Assembly (NCBI GenBank): GCA_963759765.1
Contig: CAVXAL010000002.1
Span: 464,228-528,227, forward strand
Direction of reading: 5' to 3'
DNA: 64,000 nucleotides
Source: Candidatus Aminicenantes bacterium
GTDB taxonomy: Bacteria > Acidobacteriota > Aminicenantia > UBA2199
Part shown: piece after piece, positions 55,728 through 64,000 of the stretch
How positions within the stretch are numbered: the stretch's first letter is position 1
Layout of the letters: each line of letters starts with the position of its first letter
Notes under the pieces: model-generated
The model's database searches: none
What the model was told of the DNA's origin: nothing
What the model saw: the letters and a program-made list of their open reading frames with translations, nothing else
Position numbers and translations under genes: made by a program

Positions 55728-56297
55728 GTGGGCAAAAAGGCCGGGCGCAAAGTCATTCCGGCAGAATGGCAAGATCGTTTGCGGCGCTGGCTGCGGGGCT
55801 GCCGCCGGCTGCTCGTCCTGGGTGTCGGCCAGCGGCTGAAGGGAGACGACGGCGTTGGCGTGTATGTGGCCCGGCTGCTGCAGCGTCGGGTGCGCCAGCG
55901 AGGTTCGGCGAAGCTGGCGATTATCGCTGCCGGCGAAACCCCGGAAAATTACACGGCCCGCATCCGCCGGCTGCAGCCCAGCCATGTGCTGATTGTCGAC
56001 GCGGCTGCCCTAGGCCGGGCACCGGGGGCCATGGGTATCGTCGCTTGGCGGCACATCGCCAACGAGGACATTTCCACCCACCGCCTGCCTCTTTCTCTTT
56101 TGGCCCGCTTTCTGGAGCAGACCCTTCCCTGCAAAGTGCTGCTGCTGGCCATCGAACCCAAATCATTTTCGCTTCCGCAACGATTGTCGGCCGAGGTCAA
56201 AAAATCGGCTCTGCAACTGGCCCGCTTCCTGGCCGACGTCGGGCAAGGCAACAAAATGCAGTGTTCCAGGGGAAAATTTCCAACGTCCTCCGTCTAA
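55728..56297 (+). CDS. hydrogenase maturation endopeptidase (HycI/HyaD family)
   Basis: A GTG start is proposed. LLVLGVGQRLKGDDGVGVYVARLL...LIVDAAALGRAPG...STHRLPLSLL fits the HycI family. In the ORF track it is fused to the mbhN-like tail (ORF 55470-56297). Confidence 0.65.
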   Translation: MGKKAGRKVIPAEWQDRLRRWLRGCRRLLVLGVGQRLKGDDGVGVYVARLLQRRVRQRGSAKLAIIAAGETPENYTARIRRLQPSHVLIVDAAALGRAPGAMGIVAWRHIANEDISTHRLPLSLLARFLEQTLPCKVLLLAIEPKSFSLPQRLSAEVKKSALQLARFLADVGQGNKMQCSRGKFPTSSV

Positions 56298-56317
56298 TCC
56301 TATCTGAGGAGGTTGAC

Positions 56318-57439
56318 ATGAAACCCGTTATTCGATTTCTGGCTTTGCTTGTGATGGTGACCTGGATGTCGGCAGCTCTCGTTTCCGCAACGGGCAAGCC
56401 GCTGGTGCAATTGGCCATCCTGCTCGACACCAGCAACAGCATGGACGGTCTGATTGAGCAGGCCAAGGCCCAGCTCTGGCAGGTGGTCAATGAACTCGCC
56501 ACCGCCCGCAAAAACGGCTTGACGCCGCAATTGCAGGTGGCGCTCTACGAATACGGCAACAACTCGTTGCAAGCCGGCGAGGGCTACATCCGCCAGATCG
56601 TGCCCTTGTCCACTGACCTGGATCGCCTTTCGGCTGAACTCTTCCGGCTGAAAACCAACGGCGGTGACGAGTATTGCGGCCAGGTGATCCAGCGGGCCAG
56701 CCGCGATCTGGCCTGGAGTGCCGACCCGCAGGATTTGAAAATGATCTTCATTGCCGGCAACGAACCCTTCACCCAGGGTACGGTGGATTATCGCGAAGCG
56801 GTAAAGGATGCCATCGCCAAAGGGGTGGCGGTCAACACCATCTTCTGCGGCAACTTTCAGGAAGGCGTAAATGGAAACTGGAAGGACGGGGCTGACCGGG
56901 CCGACGGCCGCTACCTGACCATCGACCAGGACCAGCCGCTGCCCCATATTCCGGCTCCCCAGGACAACGAACTGTCTCAACTCAACCAGGACTTGAATAA
57001 GACCTACCTCGCTTACGGCCTCAAGGGCAAAGAGCGCAAGGTGCTGCAGGAGCAGCAGGATGCCAATGCCGCTACGCTCAGTCCCAGCGTGGCCGCCCAG
57101 CGCGCCGCCACCAAAGGTTCGAGCCAGTACCAAAACGCGGAATGGGATCTGGTGGACGCCAAAAAAGAGGGTAAGGTGAAAGTAGCGGAAATGAAGGATG
57201 AAGAACTACCCGAGGAGCTGCGCAAACTGCCGCCCGCCGAGCGCGAAGCCTATGTCGATCAGCTGCAAAAAAAGCGCCGTGATGTTCAGGATAAAATCCA
57301 GAAGCTGAGCCAGGAGCGCGAAAAGTATGTCAGCGAACAGATGAAAAAGCAGGCCGGCCAGCATACCCTGGACCAGGCCATGCTGAGCGCCATGCGCGAT
57401 CAGGCGCTGCGCAAGCATTTCCGTTTTGAGAAAAAATAG
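56318..57439 (+). CDS. secreted VWA-domain protein
   Basis: ATG 56318 with RBS GAGGAGG. Signal peptide MKPVIRFLALLVMVTWMSAALVSA. MIDAS-like LLDTSNSMDG...NGGDE. Coiled-coil, Lys/Glu-rich C-terminus. Confidence 0.75.
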   Translation: MKPVIRFLALLVMVTWMSAALVSATGKPLVQLAILLDTSNSMDGLIEQAKAQLWQVVNELATARKNGLTPQLQVALYEYGNNSLQAGEGYIRQIVPLSTDLDRLSAELFRLKTNGGDEYCGQVIQRASRDLAWSADPQDLKMIFIAGNEPFTQGTVDYREAVKDAIAKGVAVNTIFCGNFQEGVNGNWKDGADRADGRYLTIDQDQPLPHIPAPQDNELSQLNQDLNKTYLAYGLKGKERKVLQEQQDANAATLSPSVAAQRAATKGSSQYQNAEWDLVDAKKEGKVKVAEMKDEELPEELRKLPPAEREAYVDQLQKKRRDVQDKIQKLSQEREKYVSEQMKKQAGQHTLDQAMLSAMRDQALRKHFRFEKK

Positions 57440-57452
57440 TCCGGAGGCAGCC

Positions 57453-59687
57453 ATGAGAACCGACAGACGTTTACTGGTTTCGACAATGGCGTTGATGGCG
57501 ATGCTGTTAATTCCAGGGATAGGTCTTTATGCCGACGGCTTGATCGTTATCCCCCGGCCGCCTCAGCCGCTGCCGCCCACTCCCTTTTCCCTCGAGGTCA
57601 CGTTCCACAAGGTCACGGTCACCATCCAGGACCAGGCCGCGGTCACCGCCATCGACCAGGAATTTTTCAATCCCAGCAACCAGAGGCTGGAGGGTTACTA
57701 CCTCTTTCCCGTCCCGCCGACAGCGGTGATCAAGCGCTTCAGCATGGAGATCGATGGCCGCGACACGCCGGCCGAGCTCCTGGACGCGGCCAAAGCCCGC
57801 ACCATCTACGAAGATATCGTGCGCCGGCTGCGTGACCCGGCCCTGCTCGAGTACAGCCAGCAGGGGGTTTTTCGGGTGCGGATATTCCCGATTGAGCCGC
57901 ACTCCAGCAAGCGGGTCAGAATCTCCTACCAGGAGCTGCTCACCAAGGAAGACAGCACGGTGGAATACCTGTATCCGCTGAACACGGAAAAATTTTCCGC
58001 CCAGCCCCTGCGGCAGGTGAGCATTCAGGTGAATATCGCATCCAGTCGGCCGCTCAAAAACGTCTACTGCCCGACCCATGAGGCGGAGATCGTCCGGCAC
58101 GGCGAGCAGCAAGCCCGCCTTTCCTATGAGAGCCGCAACGTCAAGCCGGACCGCGATTTCAAGGTTTATTTCAGCACCGAAAAGGAGCGCCTGGGCATCT
58201 CGCTGCTCACCTTCCAGAAGGCGGGGGAAGAGGGTTTTTTTCTGCTGGTGGCCGGTGGCGGATGGGGCCAGAGGTCCGGGGGCGCGATGGAAAAAGACAT
58301 CGCCTTTGTCTTGGACTGCTCGGGCAGCATGGCCGGCGCCAGCCTGCAGCAGGCCAAGCGGGCGCTGCGCTTCTGCCTGGATAATCTCAACCGCGGCGAC
58401 CGTTTCAATATTATTCGCTTTGCGACTGAAGCCGAAGGCCTGTTTACCGCCCTGGCGTCGGCCAGTGAGGAAAACCGGGAAAAAGCGCGTCAATTCGTGC
58501 AAAATCTCCAGGCCATCGGCGGCACAAACATGGAGGAAGCGCTGAGATTGGCCTTGGCCGAGCGGCAGGACAGTTCGCGGCCTTTCTTGGTCGTTTTCGT
58601 CACCGACGGCCGGCCGACCATCGGCGAGACCGACGAGGAGCAGCTGGTCAAGATCATTGGGAATGCCAATACGGCCCGCACGCGTATCTTTACCTTCGGC
58701 ATCGGCAATGACATCAACACGCATCTGCTGGACAAGATCACCGAATTGACCCGTGCGTTTCGCAGCTACATCGGGCCCGAAGAGGACATCGAGATCAAAA
58801 TTTCCAATTTTTACAACAAGATCCAGTCGCCGGTGCTGACCGACCTGCACCTGGATGTATCGGGCCCGGTGCAGGCGAGCAAAGCGTATCCTCAGAACCT
58901 GCCCGATCTGTTCCGCGGTTCGCAGCTGATGCTGCTGGGACGGTTTCGCGGTAGCGGCAAGGCCAGAATCACGCTCAGTGGCCTGTCCGGTAGCCGGCGC
59001 GAGGAGTTCACCTCGGAAACTGATTTTGGCGCCGGGGAAACGAAAAACGATTTCATCCCGGCGCTCTGGGCGGCCCGGCGTATCGGCTTCCTGCTGGACC
59101 AGGTGCGGCTGCACGGCGAGAACCGGGAATTGATCGATGAGATCGTGCAGCTGGCCAAAACCCACGGCATCGTCACCCCTTACACCAGTTACCTGATCCT
59201 GGAGGACGAGCAGCGACGGTTGCAGCGCGGTGATATCCGCCCCAGCGACGCCACTCTCAGCCAGATTGCGGCCCGCAACCGCGACCTGGAGGAGACAAGC
59301 AAAAAGGAATACCGCTACTTGGCTCAGAAGACGGGCGCGGCCAGCGTTCAGGCCAGCCGCGAGGTTCAGGAACTGGCCGGCGTGGCCAACGTCGACCAGT
59401 CGCGCCCGGGCGAAAAACGTTTGGGCATTCAGGGCGGCAGCGGCGGCCAGCAGAGTCTGGGCCAGCTGGTCAAAAACGCCGCCGGCCGTGCCTTTTATCA
59501 GGTCGAAAAATTCTGGATCGATTCCCGGTTGGCAGGGCAACAATCGGTCCAGGTGCAACGCCTGCAGTTCGCTTCCCCCGAATACTTCAAGCTGCTGCGG
59601 GAAAATCCCGCGCTTTCGTCCATTCTGGCCTTGGGTCCGAACCTGCGCTTTGTCTGGCAGAATCAGATTGTGGAAATCTCGGAATAA
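57453..59687 (+). CDS. secreted VIT + VWA domain protein (inter-alpha-trypsin-inhibitor-like architecture)
   Basis: Signal peptide, then a VIT-like block (VTVTIQDQAAVTAIDQEFFNPSNQRLEGYYLFPVP...FRVRIFPIEPHSSKRVRISY) and VWA MIDAS (FVLDCSGSMAG...IGGTNM...VVFVTDGRPT). Confidence 0.8.
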   Translation: MRTDRRLLVSTMALMAMLLIPGIGLYADGLIVIPRPPQPLPPTPFSLEVTFHKVTVTIQDQAAVTAIDQEFFNPSNQRLEGYYLFPVPPTAVIKRFSMEIDGRDTPAELLDAAKARTIYEDIVRRLRDPALLEYSQQGVFRVRIFPIEPHSSKRVRISYQELLTKEDSTVEYLYPLNTEKFSAQPLRQVSIQVNIASSRPLKNVYCPTHEAEIVRHGEQQARLSYESRNVKPDRDFKVYFSTEKERLGISLLTFQKAGEEGFFLLVAGGGWGQRSGGAMEKDIAFVLDCSGSMAGASLQQAKRALRFCLDNLNRGDRFNIIRFATEAEGLFTALASASEENREKARQFVQNLQAIGGTNMEEALRLALAERQDSSRPFLVVFVTDGRPTIGETDEEQLVKIIGNANTARTRIFTFGIGNDINTHLLDKITELTRAFRSYIGPEEDIEIKISNFYNKIQSPVLTDLHLDVSGPVQASKAYPQNLPDLFRGSQLMLLGRFRGSGKARITLSGLSGSRREEFTSETDFGAGETKNDFIPALWAARRIGFLLDQVRLHGENRELIDEIVQLAKTHGIVTPYTSYLILEDEQRRLQRGDIRPSDATLSQIAARNRDLEETSKKEYRYLAQKTGAASVQASREVQELAGVANVDQSRPGEKRLGIQGGSGGQQSLGQLVKNAAGRAFYQVEKFWIDSRLAGQQSVQVQRLQFASPEYFKLLRENPALSSILALGPNLRFVWQNQIVEISE

Positions 59688-59690
59688 GAA

Positions 59691-60753
59691 TCAGGCCAGC
59701 AGCCGGATGCGGGTAAAGAGGTAGTCGAGAGGTTCCTCCTGCAGCACCAGCCGGCAATAGGGGGTTCCTGCCAGCGCTTCGGGTGGGGACCCCCGGCTTT
59801 CGAAGTGGCGCGGTTCCCGCTCGCTGTCGAACCAGTATACCAGGCGGATGCTGCCCGCTTCGAGCTCGAGGGCCGTGATCCCTTTCTTGCCGATGGCGCA
59901 GCCGGAGTTGAACAGGCAGGGAACCAGCGGCTCGCTGGCGTAGAGCGAACCGCTGTCGGCCGCTCCTTCCTTGCGGTGAACCAGGTCCTGGAGCTCTTCT
60001 CGGGCCTGTTTTATTTGTTTTTCCAGAATGGCCTTTTCCTGTCCGTCGGCCCGGGGATAGAGGCGGCAGAGTTGTTCGATGTGAAATTTCAAACTGTCCC
60101 GCTTGGATAATGACTCGAAGAGCGGCCGGTGGGTGTGGCCGATCAGGGCGATGATTTTGCGCTGGCGGGCGAATTCGTAAATTTTTTTCTCGATGGCGAA
60201 TTTCTTGCTGCTGCTGCGGGCCACGCTGTAGTTGCGAATGTGCAGGGGCTGCGCCAGAAAACGGAGCGAGAGGGCGATCAGGAAGCGGAACAGTTCCAGG
60301 AAGAACGAGGCCTGGTAGCCGTGCAGGATAAAAATGGTCTGCCCGTGAAAACCGAATTTCAACGTTTCCTGCACCGGGAAATGGCGCGGCCTGTTTCTGG
60401 GCAGATGCAGCTCGTAATCGTGGTTACCGAAAATTTTGATTAGCGCGTGCCGCTGCTTAAAGGCGTCAAAGAGGTGATAAATTTTCTTTCCGGGATCTGG
60501 CTATGGCCTTGCGGCTGAAGCGCAGGAGCTCCTCCACGTCGCCGTTGAGGACGAGGCCGAAGCCATGGCGGAGATAATGTTTCTCTAGGGCGTTAGCAAA
60601 CAGGTCGGCGTTGATCCGGAAATCGTCTCCGCCCTTGCCGTTGCCCATGTGCAAATCGCTGACGATCACCCATTTTTCTCTTTCAGAAAGGGGAACCGTT
60701 GGCGCCGTTTCGTACAACGAGGCTAACCGCTTCTGGATCTTTTTGCTGCCCAT
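59691..60753 (-). pseudogene. calcineurin-like metallophosphoesterase, one frame break
   Basis: Motifs VSDLHMGNG, LNGDVEEL, FGNHDYE and IGHTHRP are split between ORFs 60466-60831 and 59691-60374. The middle segment DPGKKIYHLFDAFKQRHALIKIFGNHDYEL lies in the second ORF's frame but has no start codon. The break is in 60487-60500. Confidence 0.65.
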
Positions 60754-60794
60754 GGCCGTTTTGCTGGAAGAATTATACGCCGTTGCCGCATTTT

Positions 60795-60803
60795 TGCTAT
60801 AAT
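60795..60803 (+). promoter_or_regulatory. extended -10 promoter element TGCTATAAT
   Basis: Read directly in the 88-bp divergent spacer, 38 nt upstream of GTG 60842 (RBS AAGGAGGA). Confidence 0.45.
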
Positions 60804-60841
60804 GAAAGTTCGACGACCGGAGTGCCCGCAAGGAGGATGCC

Positions 60842-61567
60842 GTGATCGAGATCAGCGGTGTTTCGAAAAGCTACAACCACGGTCAGGTGAAAGCGGTACA
60901 GGAGCTCAGCCTGGAGGTCCGCTCCGGAGAGATTTTCGGCTTCCTGGGCCCCAACGGCGCCGGCAAGACTACGACCATCAAGATGATCGTCGGTCTGCTC
61001 AAGCCGGACGCCGGCACCATTCGCGTCAATGGGCTGGACAACCAGAAAGAGGCGCTGGCCTGCAAGCGCCAGACCGGCTATGTGCCCGATTTTCCGGCCA
61101 TCTATGAGCGCCTGACCGGACTGGAATACTTCAATTTTATCGGCGATATCTATGGGGTTGAACGTAGCCAGCGCCTGGAACGGATGGAGAAGTGGCTGGA
61201 ACTATTTGAACTGGAAAAAGCGGTGGCCAATCCCATCCAGAGCTACTCGCACGGCATGAAGCAGAAGATCGTGCTGCTGGCCGCGCTGCTGCCCGCACCC
61301 CGGGTGCTGGTCCTGGACGAGCCGCTGGTCGGGCTGGATCCGCGCGCCGCCCACTCGCTCAAGGAGATCATGCGCCAGCATTGCGATGGCGGCGGCACCC
61401 TCTTTTTTTCCACCCACATCATGGAGGTGGCTGAAAAGCTCTGCGACCGGATCGGCATCATTCACAAGGGGAGGTTGATCGCCTGCGGGCGCATGGATGA
61501 GTTGCGGAACCTGGCCAAAGATACCCGTTCGCTGGAAGATATTTTCCTGGAGTTGACCGAAAAATGA
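60842..61567 (+). CDS. ABC transporter ATP-binding protein
   Basis: Walker A GPNGAGKTT, signature YSHGMKQK, Walker B VLVLDEP, H-loop STHIM. Confidence 0.9.
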   Translation: MIEISGVSKSYNHGQVKAVQELSLEVRSGEIFGFLGPNGAGKTTTIKMIVGLLKPDAGTIRVNGLDNQKEALACKRQTGYVPDFPAIYERLTGLEYFNFIGDIYGVERSQRLERMEKWLELFELEKAVANPIQSYSHGMKQKIVLLAALLPAPRVLVLDEPLVGLDPRAAHSLKEIMRQHCDGGGTLFFSTHIMEVAEKLCDRIGIIHKGRLIACGRMDELRNLAKDTRSLEDIFLELTEK

Positions 61568-63253
61568 GAGCTTTCTGGACTCTGCTGCGTGCCGGCCTGC
61601 GCGCCAACTTCGGCTTTTCCCTGCTGCGCCACCGGCTCCTGGTTGAAAAGAAGGATCGCTGGCTGGTGCCGCTGATCGTTCTGGGCATTATCGGGGCCCT
61701 GCCCGCCTTCTACTACGGCTACCTGATGCTGATCAAGGTGACCTACTCGGCGCTGCTGACCCTGGGCCAGCAAAAGGTTATCTTGACCGTGGCGGTGCTG
61801 TTTGGCCAGCTGCTGGTACTGGTGCTGGGCGTCTATTACGTGATCGCCGCCTTCTACTTTTCCAGCGATTTGGAACTGCTGATTCCCCTGCCGCTCAAAC
61901 CGGTCCAGGTGATTGCGGCCAAATGGGGCATCATTCTGATCAACGAATATTTGACCCTGCTGCCCCTGGTGCTGCCGGTCCTGATCTATTTTGGCATCCT
62001 GGCCCATTCGCCCCTTTCCTACTGGCTGCTGCTGCCCCTGGTCTATCTGCTGCTGCCTGTCATTCCTCTGGCCATCATTTCGCTGCTGGCGGTGGGACTG
62101 ATGCGGCTGGTCAACCTCAGCCGCAAAAAGGATGCGCTGATTATTGTCGGCAGCCTGCTGCTGATGGTGGTCGTGATGGCCATGCAGTTCCAGCTGGGCA
62201 AGTTGGGCAACAAGGGCGGCGCCCGCGGCCAGGAGGCACTGGTGCGGCTGCTGACCTCCAGGGATGGTTTGGTGCAGGCTCATTGGTTCGCGCTTCCCGC
62301 CCAGCATCTGGGCCTCCGAGGCCCTGGGTGAAGGTTGGTCCCGGCAGGGAATCGGGTCGCTGGCGCTGCTGGCCGGGGTATCGCTGCTTTTCTTTTACGG
62401 CCTGCTCTGGCTGGGCCAGCGGCTCTTTTACCATGGCCTGATCGGTCTGAAAGAGGTCGCCTCGCGCCGGCCCTTGGCCCGGCGACTCTGGCAGCGGCGT
62501 GTGGCTTCGGGCGCCCGGCCCTTACGCGCCATTTTTCTGCGCGAATGGCGCTTGATGAATCGCACGCCGATCTTTTTTCTCAACGGAGTTCTGGTCATAG
62601 TATTGGTGCCTTTGTTATTCTTTCTGGGCGTGAAAAGCGGCGGCGGCAGGGGAGGATTTGATTTCATTCTGCAGGCGATAGCATCGGGCCGGAAATTTTA
62701 CGTGATCCTGGCCACGGCCGGATTCCTGGTGTTCTGTTCCAGCCTGAACGGCACGGCCTCCTCCACCTTTTCGCGCGAAGGGGGGCAGTTCTGGATTTCC
62801 AAGGTGATCCCGGTTTCCTGGCGGAAACAGGTGCAGGCCAAATTTTTCCACTCCTACCTGATCGCCCTGCTGGGAGTGGCCGGTGGAGGAGTGGTGGCCT
62901 GGCTGACCTTTAAAATGAAGGCGCTCGATTTTGTGATCGCCGCGGCGTTGGCCCTGGCTGCCGCCGCTGCGCTGACCGCCATCGGCATGGCCATTGACCT
63001 GGCCCGCCCCCTGCTCGACTGGATCAATCCCCAGAAGGCGATCAAGCAGAATTTGAATGTGCTGCTGGCCATATTGGCCGACATCCTGGTTCTAACGCTG
63101 CTCACTTTTTTCAGCCTCTGGCTTTCTCGCCGCGGGCTGCCGCCCTATCTGGCACTGGCCCTGCTGCTGCTGGTCCTGCTCTTGGCTGTGGGCGGGGCGT
63201 TCGCCCTGCTTTTTTATCTGGCCGAGCGGCGCTATCCCCGCATCGAAATCTAG
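61564..63253 (+). pseudogene. multi-pass ABC-exporter permease candidate, one frame break
   Basis: ORFs 61564-62331 and 62264-63253 are both highly hydrophobic. They join at ...LLTSRDGLVQ|LIGSRFPPSIWASEALGEGW, with the break at 62275-62280. There is a 4-nt overlap with the ATPase gene. Confidence 0.6.
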
Positions 63254-63257
63254 AAAC

Positions 63258-63665
63258 TCAGTCGGCGGCCGTTTTAACGCGGGTGGAGATATTGAAGCGG
63301 GGCGGTTTTTCCAGATGCTTTTTGACCGTGCAGAGTTGCGCCGACTGAACCAGCGCGGCGCGGTATTTTTCCGGGAATGTCGCCGGGACAAGGATTTCCA
63401 GATTGACGGTTTCGACCAGATGGGTCTGCGGGTTAAAAACCAGGGACTGGCGGAGTTCCAGATCCCGGGTGTCGATGGAGCGCTGCTGGCAGAAGCTCAG
63501 CATGTAAAAACCCGCGCAGGCGCCCAACGAAGCCAGAAAAAGATCGAAGGGGGTGGGAGCGCTGCCTTTCTGATCCTGCGGACCGGGCTGATCGGTCTGG
63601 TGGGTGAAGCCGTTGAAGTCGGCGTATACTTTTTTACCGCCGGGAAAGTAAATGCGCATGTCCAT
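63258..63665 (-). CDS. OsmC/Ohr-family protein
   Basis: 135 aa. APTPFDLFLASLGACAGFYMLSFC...AALVQSAQLCTVKKHL is the typical OsmC pattern with paired Cys. Confidence 0.75.
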   Translation of the reverse strand: MDMRIYFPGGKKVYADFNGFTHQTDQPGPQDQKGSAPTPFDLFLASLGACAGFYMLSFCQQRSIDTRDLELRQSLVFNPQTHLVETVNLEILVPATFPEKYRAALVQSAQLCTVKKHLEKPPRFNISTRVKTAAD

Positions 63666-63817
63666 GCCGTGTTCTCCTGCTGTTATTATTTAACAAATTT
63701 TATTATAACCCCAGAGGTCAGCGCTGTCAAAGGGAAGGCGCCTGTGGCTTGCTTCCGCTGCCGGGCCGTGCTATCATCGGCTTTCCCTTGTCAGGAAATG
63801 ATCGCTGGGAGGAGTCC

Positions 63818-64000
63818 ATGAAACGTGTGCTCGGGATGTTGGCTGCGCTGCTGTCGGTGGCCCTGTATCTGCGTGGGCAGGATGCTCCCGTCTTTTCCAA
63901 TTTTTTTCGGAATCAGACCCTGCGTCTTGACTACATGCACGGCGGCGACGCCCGCCAGGAGTGGGCCACCCTGGACCGCCTGTGGCAGGAAGGCGTTTGG
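63818..64000 (+). CDS. secreted protein, 5' part; N-terminus resembles the peptidase M64 N-terminal domain
   Basis: Not in the ORF track because it runs off the edge. ATG 63818 with RBS GGGAGGAG. MKRVLGMLAALLSVALYLRGQDAPVFSNFFRNQTLRLDYMHGGDARQEW... The family call is from memory of the M64_N pattern (LR.DY.H.G). Confidence 0.45.
   Translation, partial: MKRVLGMLAALLSVALYLRGQDAPVFSNFFRNQTLRLDYMHGGDARQEWATLDRLWQEGVW

Noticed and set aside
55766-57439. 557-aa ORF with an Arg/Ala/Pro-rich N-terminal extension.
   Set aside because: The first 184 codons overlap the hycI-like gene out of frame and are low complexity. ATG 56318, with a strong RBS and signal peptide, is the credible start.
1-64000. 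CRISPR arrays, rRNA genes, integrases, toxin-antitoxin pairs or known anti-phage defence operons.
   Set aside because: A scan of non-coding spacers and ORF products found no regularly spaced direct repeats with unique spacers, no rRNA-like sequence, no tyrosine or serine recombinase motifs and no recognisable defence-gene signatures. The AbrB-like gene is paired with a DUF2892 membrane protein, not with a toxin.

Overview
High-GC bacterial contig (GC judged by eye, not computed), most likely a metagenome-assembled genome rich in secreted and pilin-like proteins.

Layout:
- 1-11.9 kb: accessory-looking mosaic. It holds an ankyrin gene start, an AT-rich membrane gene, an IS1380-family transposase, three secreted paralogues sharing an unassigned N-terminal domain (two carry WG beta-repeats) and an IPT/TIG-like protein. 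It ends in degenerate tRNA-Arg(ACG)-like remnants.
- 12-22.4 kb: ICMT-like methyltransferase, an AbrB/DUF2892 pair with a textbook promoter and operator, a 1646-aa multidomain glycoside-hydrolase-like protein, a GH106-like gene and a pseudopilin.
- 22.7-25.9 kb: ydbH-ynbE-ydbL-like envelope trio.
- 26.2-34 kb: S9 peptidase, TPR protein, glcD/glcF-like oxidase, kdgK-eda.
- 34-40.7 kb: exopolysaccharide module of wecB, a 1290-aa DUF2334/GH-like fusion protein and a GT2 synthase.
- 40.7-46.3 kb: cysteine-synthase-like gene, TolC, rpsO-pnp, second pseudopilin.
- 46.3-56.3 kb: Mrp-Mbh type group-4 [NiFe]-hydrogenase cluster plus HycI-like protease.
- 56.3-64 kb: VWA and VIT-VWA proteins, metallophosphoesterase, ABC exporter, OsmC, start of an M64-like peptidase.

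The most unusual signal is about 24 single-base reading-frame breaks found by re-threading conserved protein sequence across frames. Sixteen of them sit in 3.4 kb of the hydrogenase catalytic genes (52246-55680), while 4.9-kb and 3.9-kb ORFs elsewhere are unbroken. Many breaks lie in short homopolymers. The cause is either local consensus error or very recent decay of the hydrogenase module, and the sequence alone cannot separate the two.

No CRISPR array, rRNA or intact tRNA was seen. I did not recognise a known defence system. The candidates for something undescribed are the secreted paralogue family, the two 10-bp-phased repeat arrays bounding the accessory segment, and the giant fusion enzymes.
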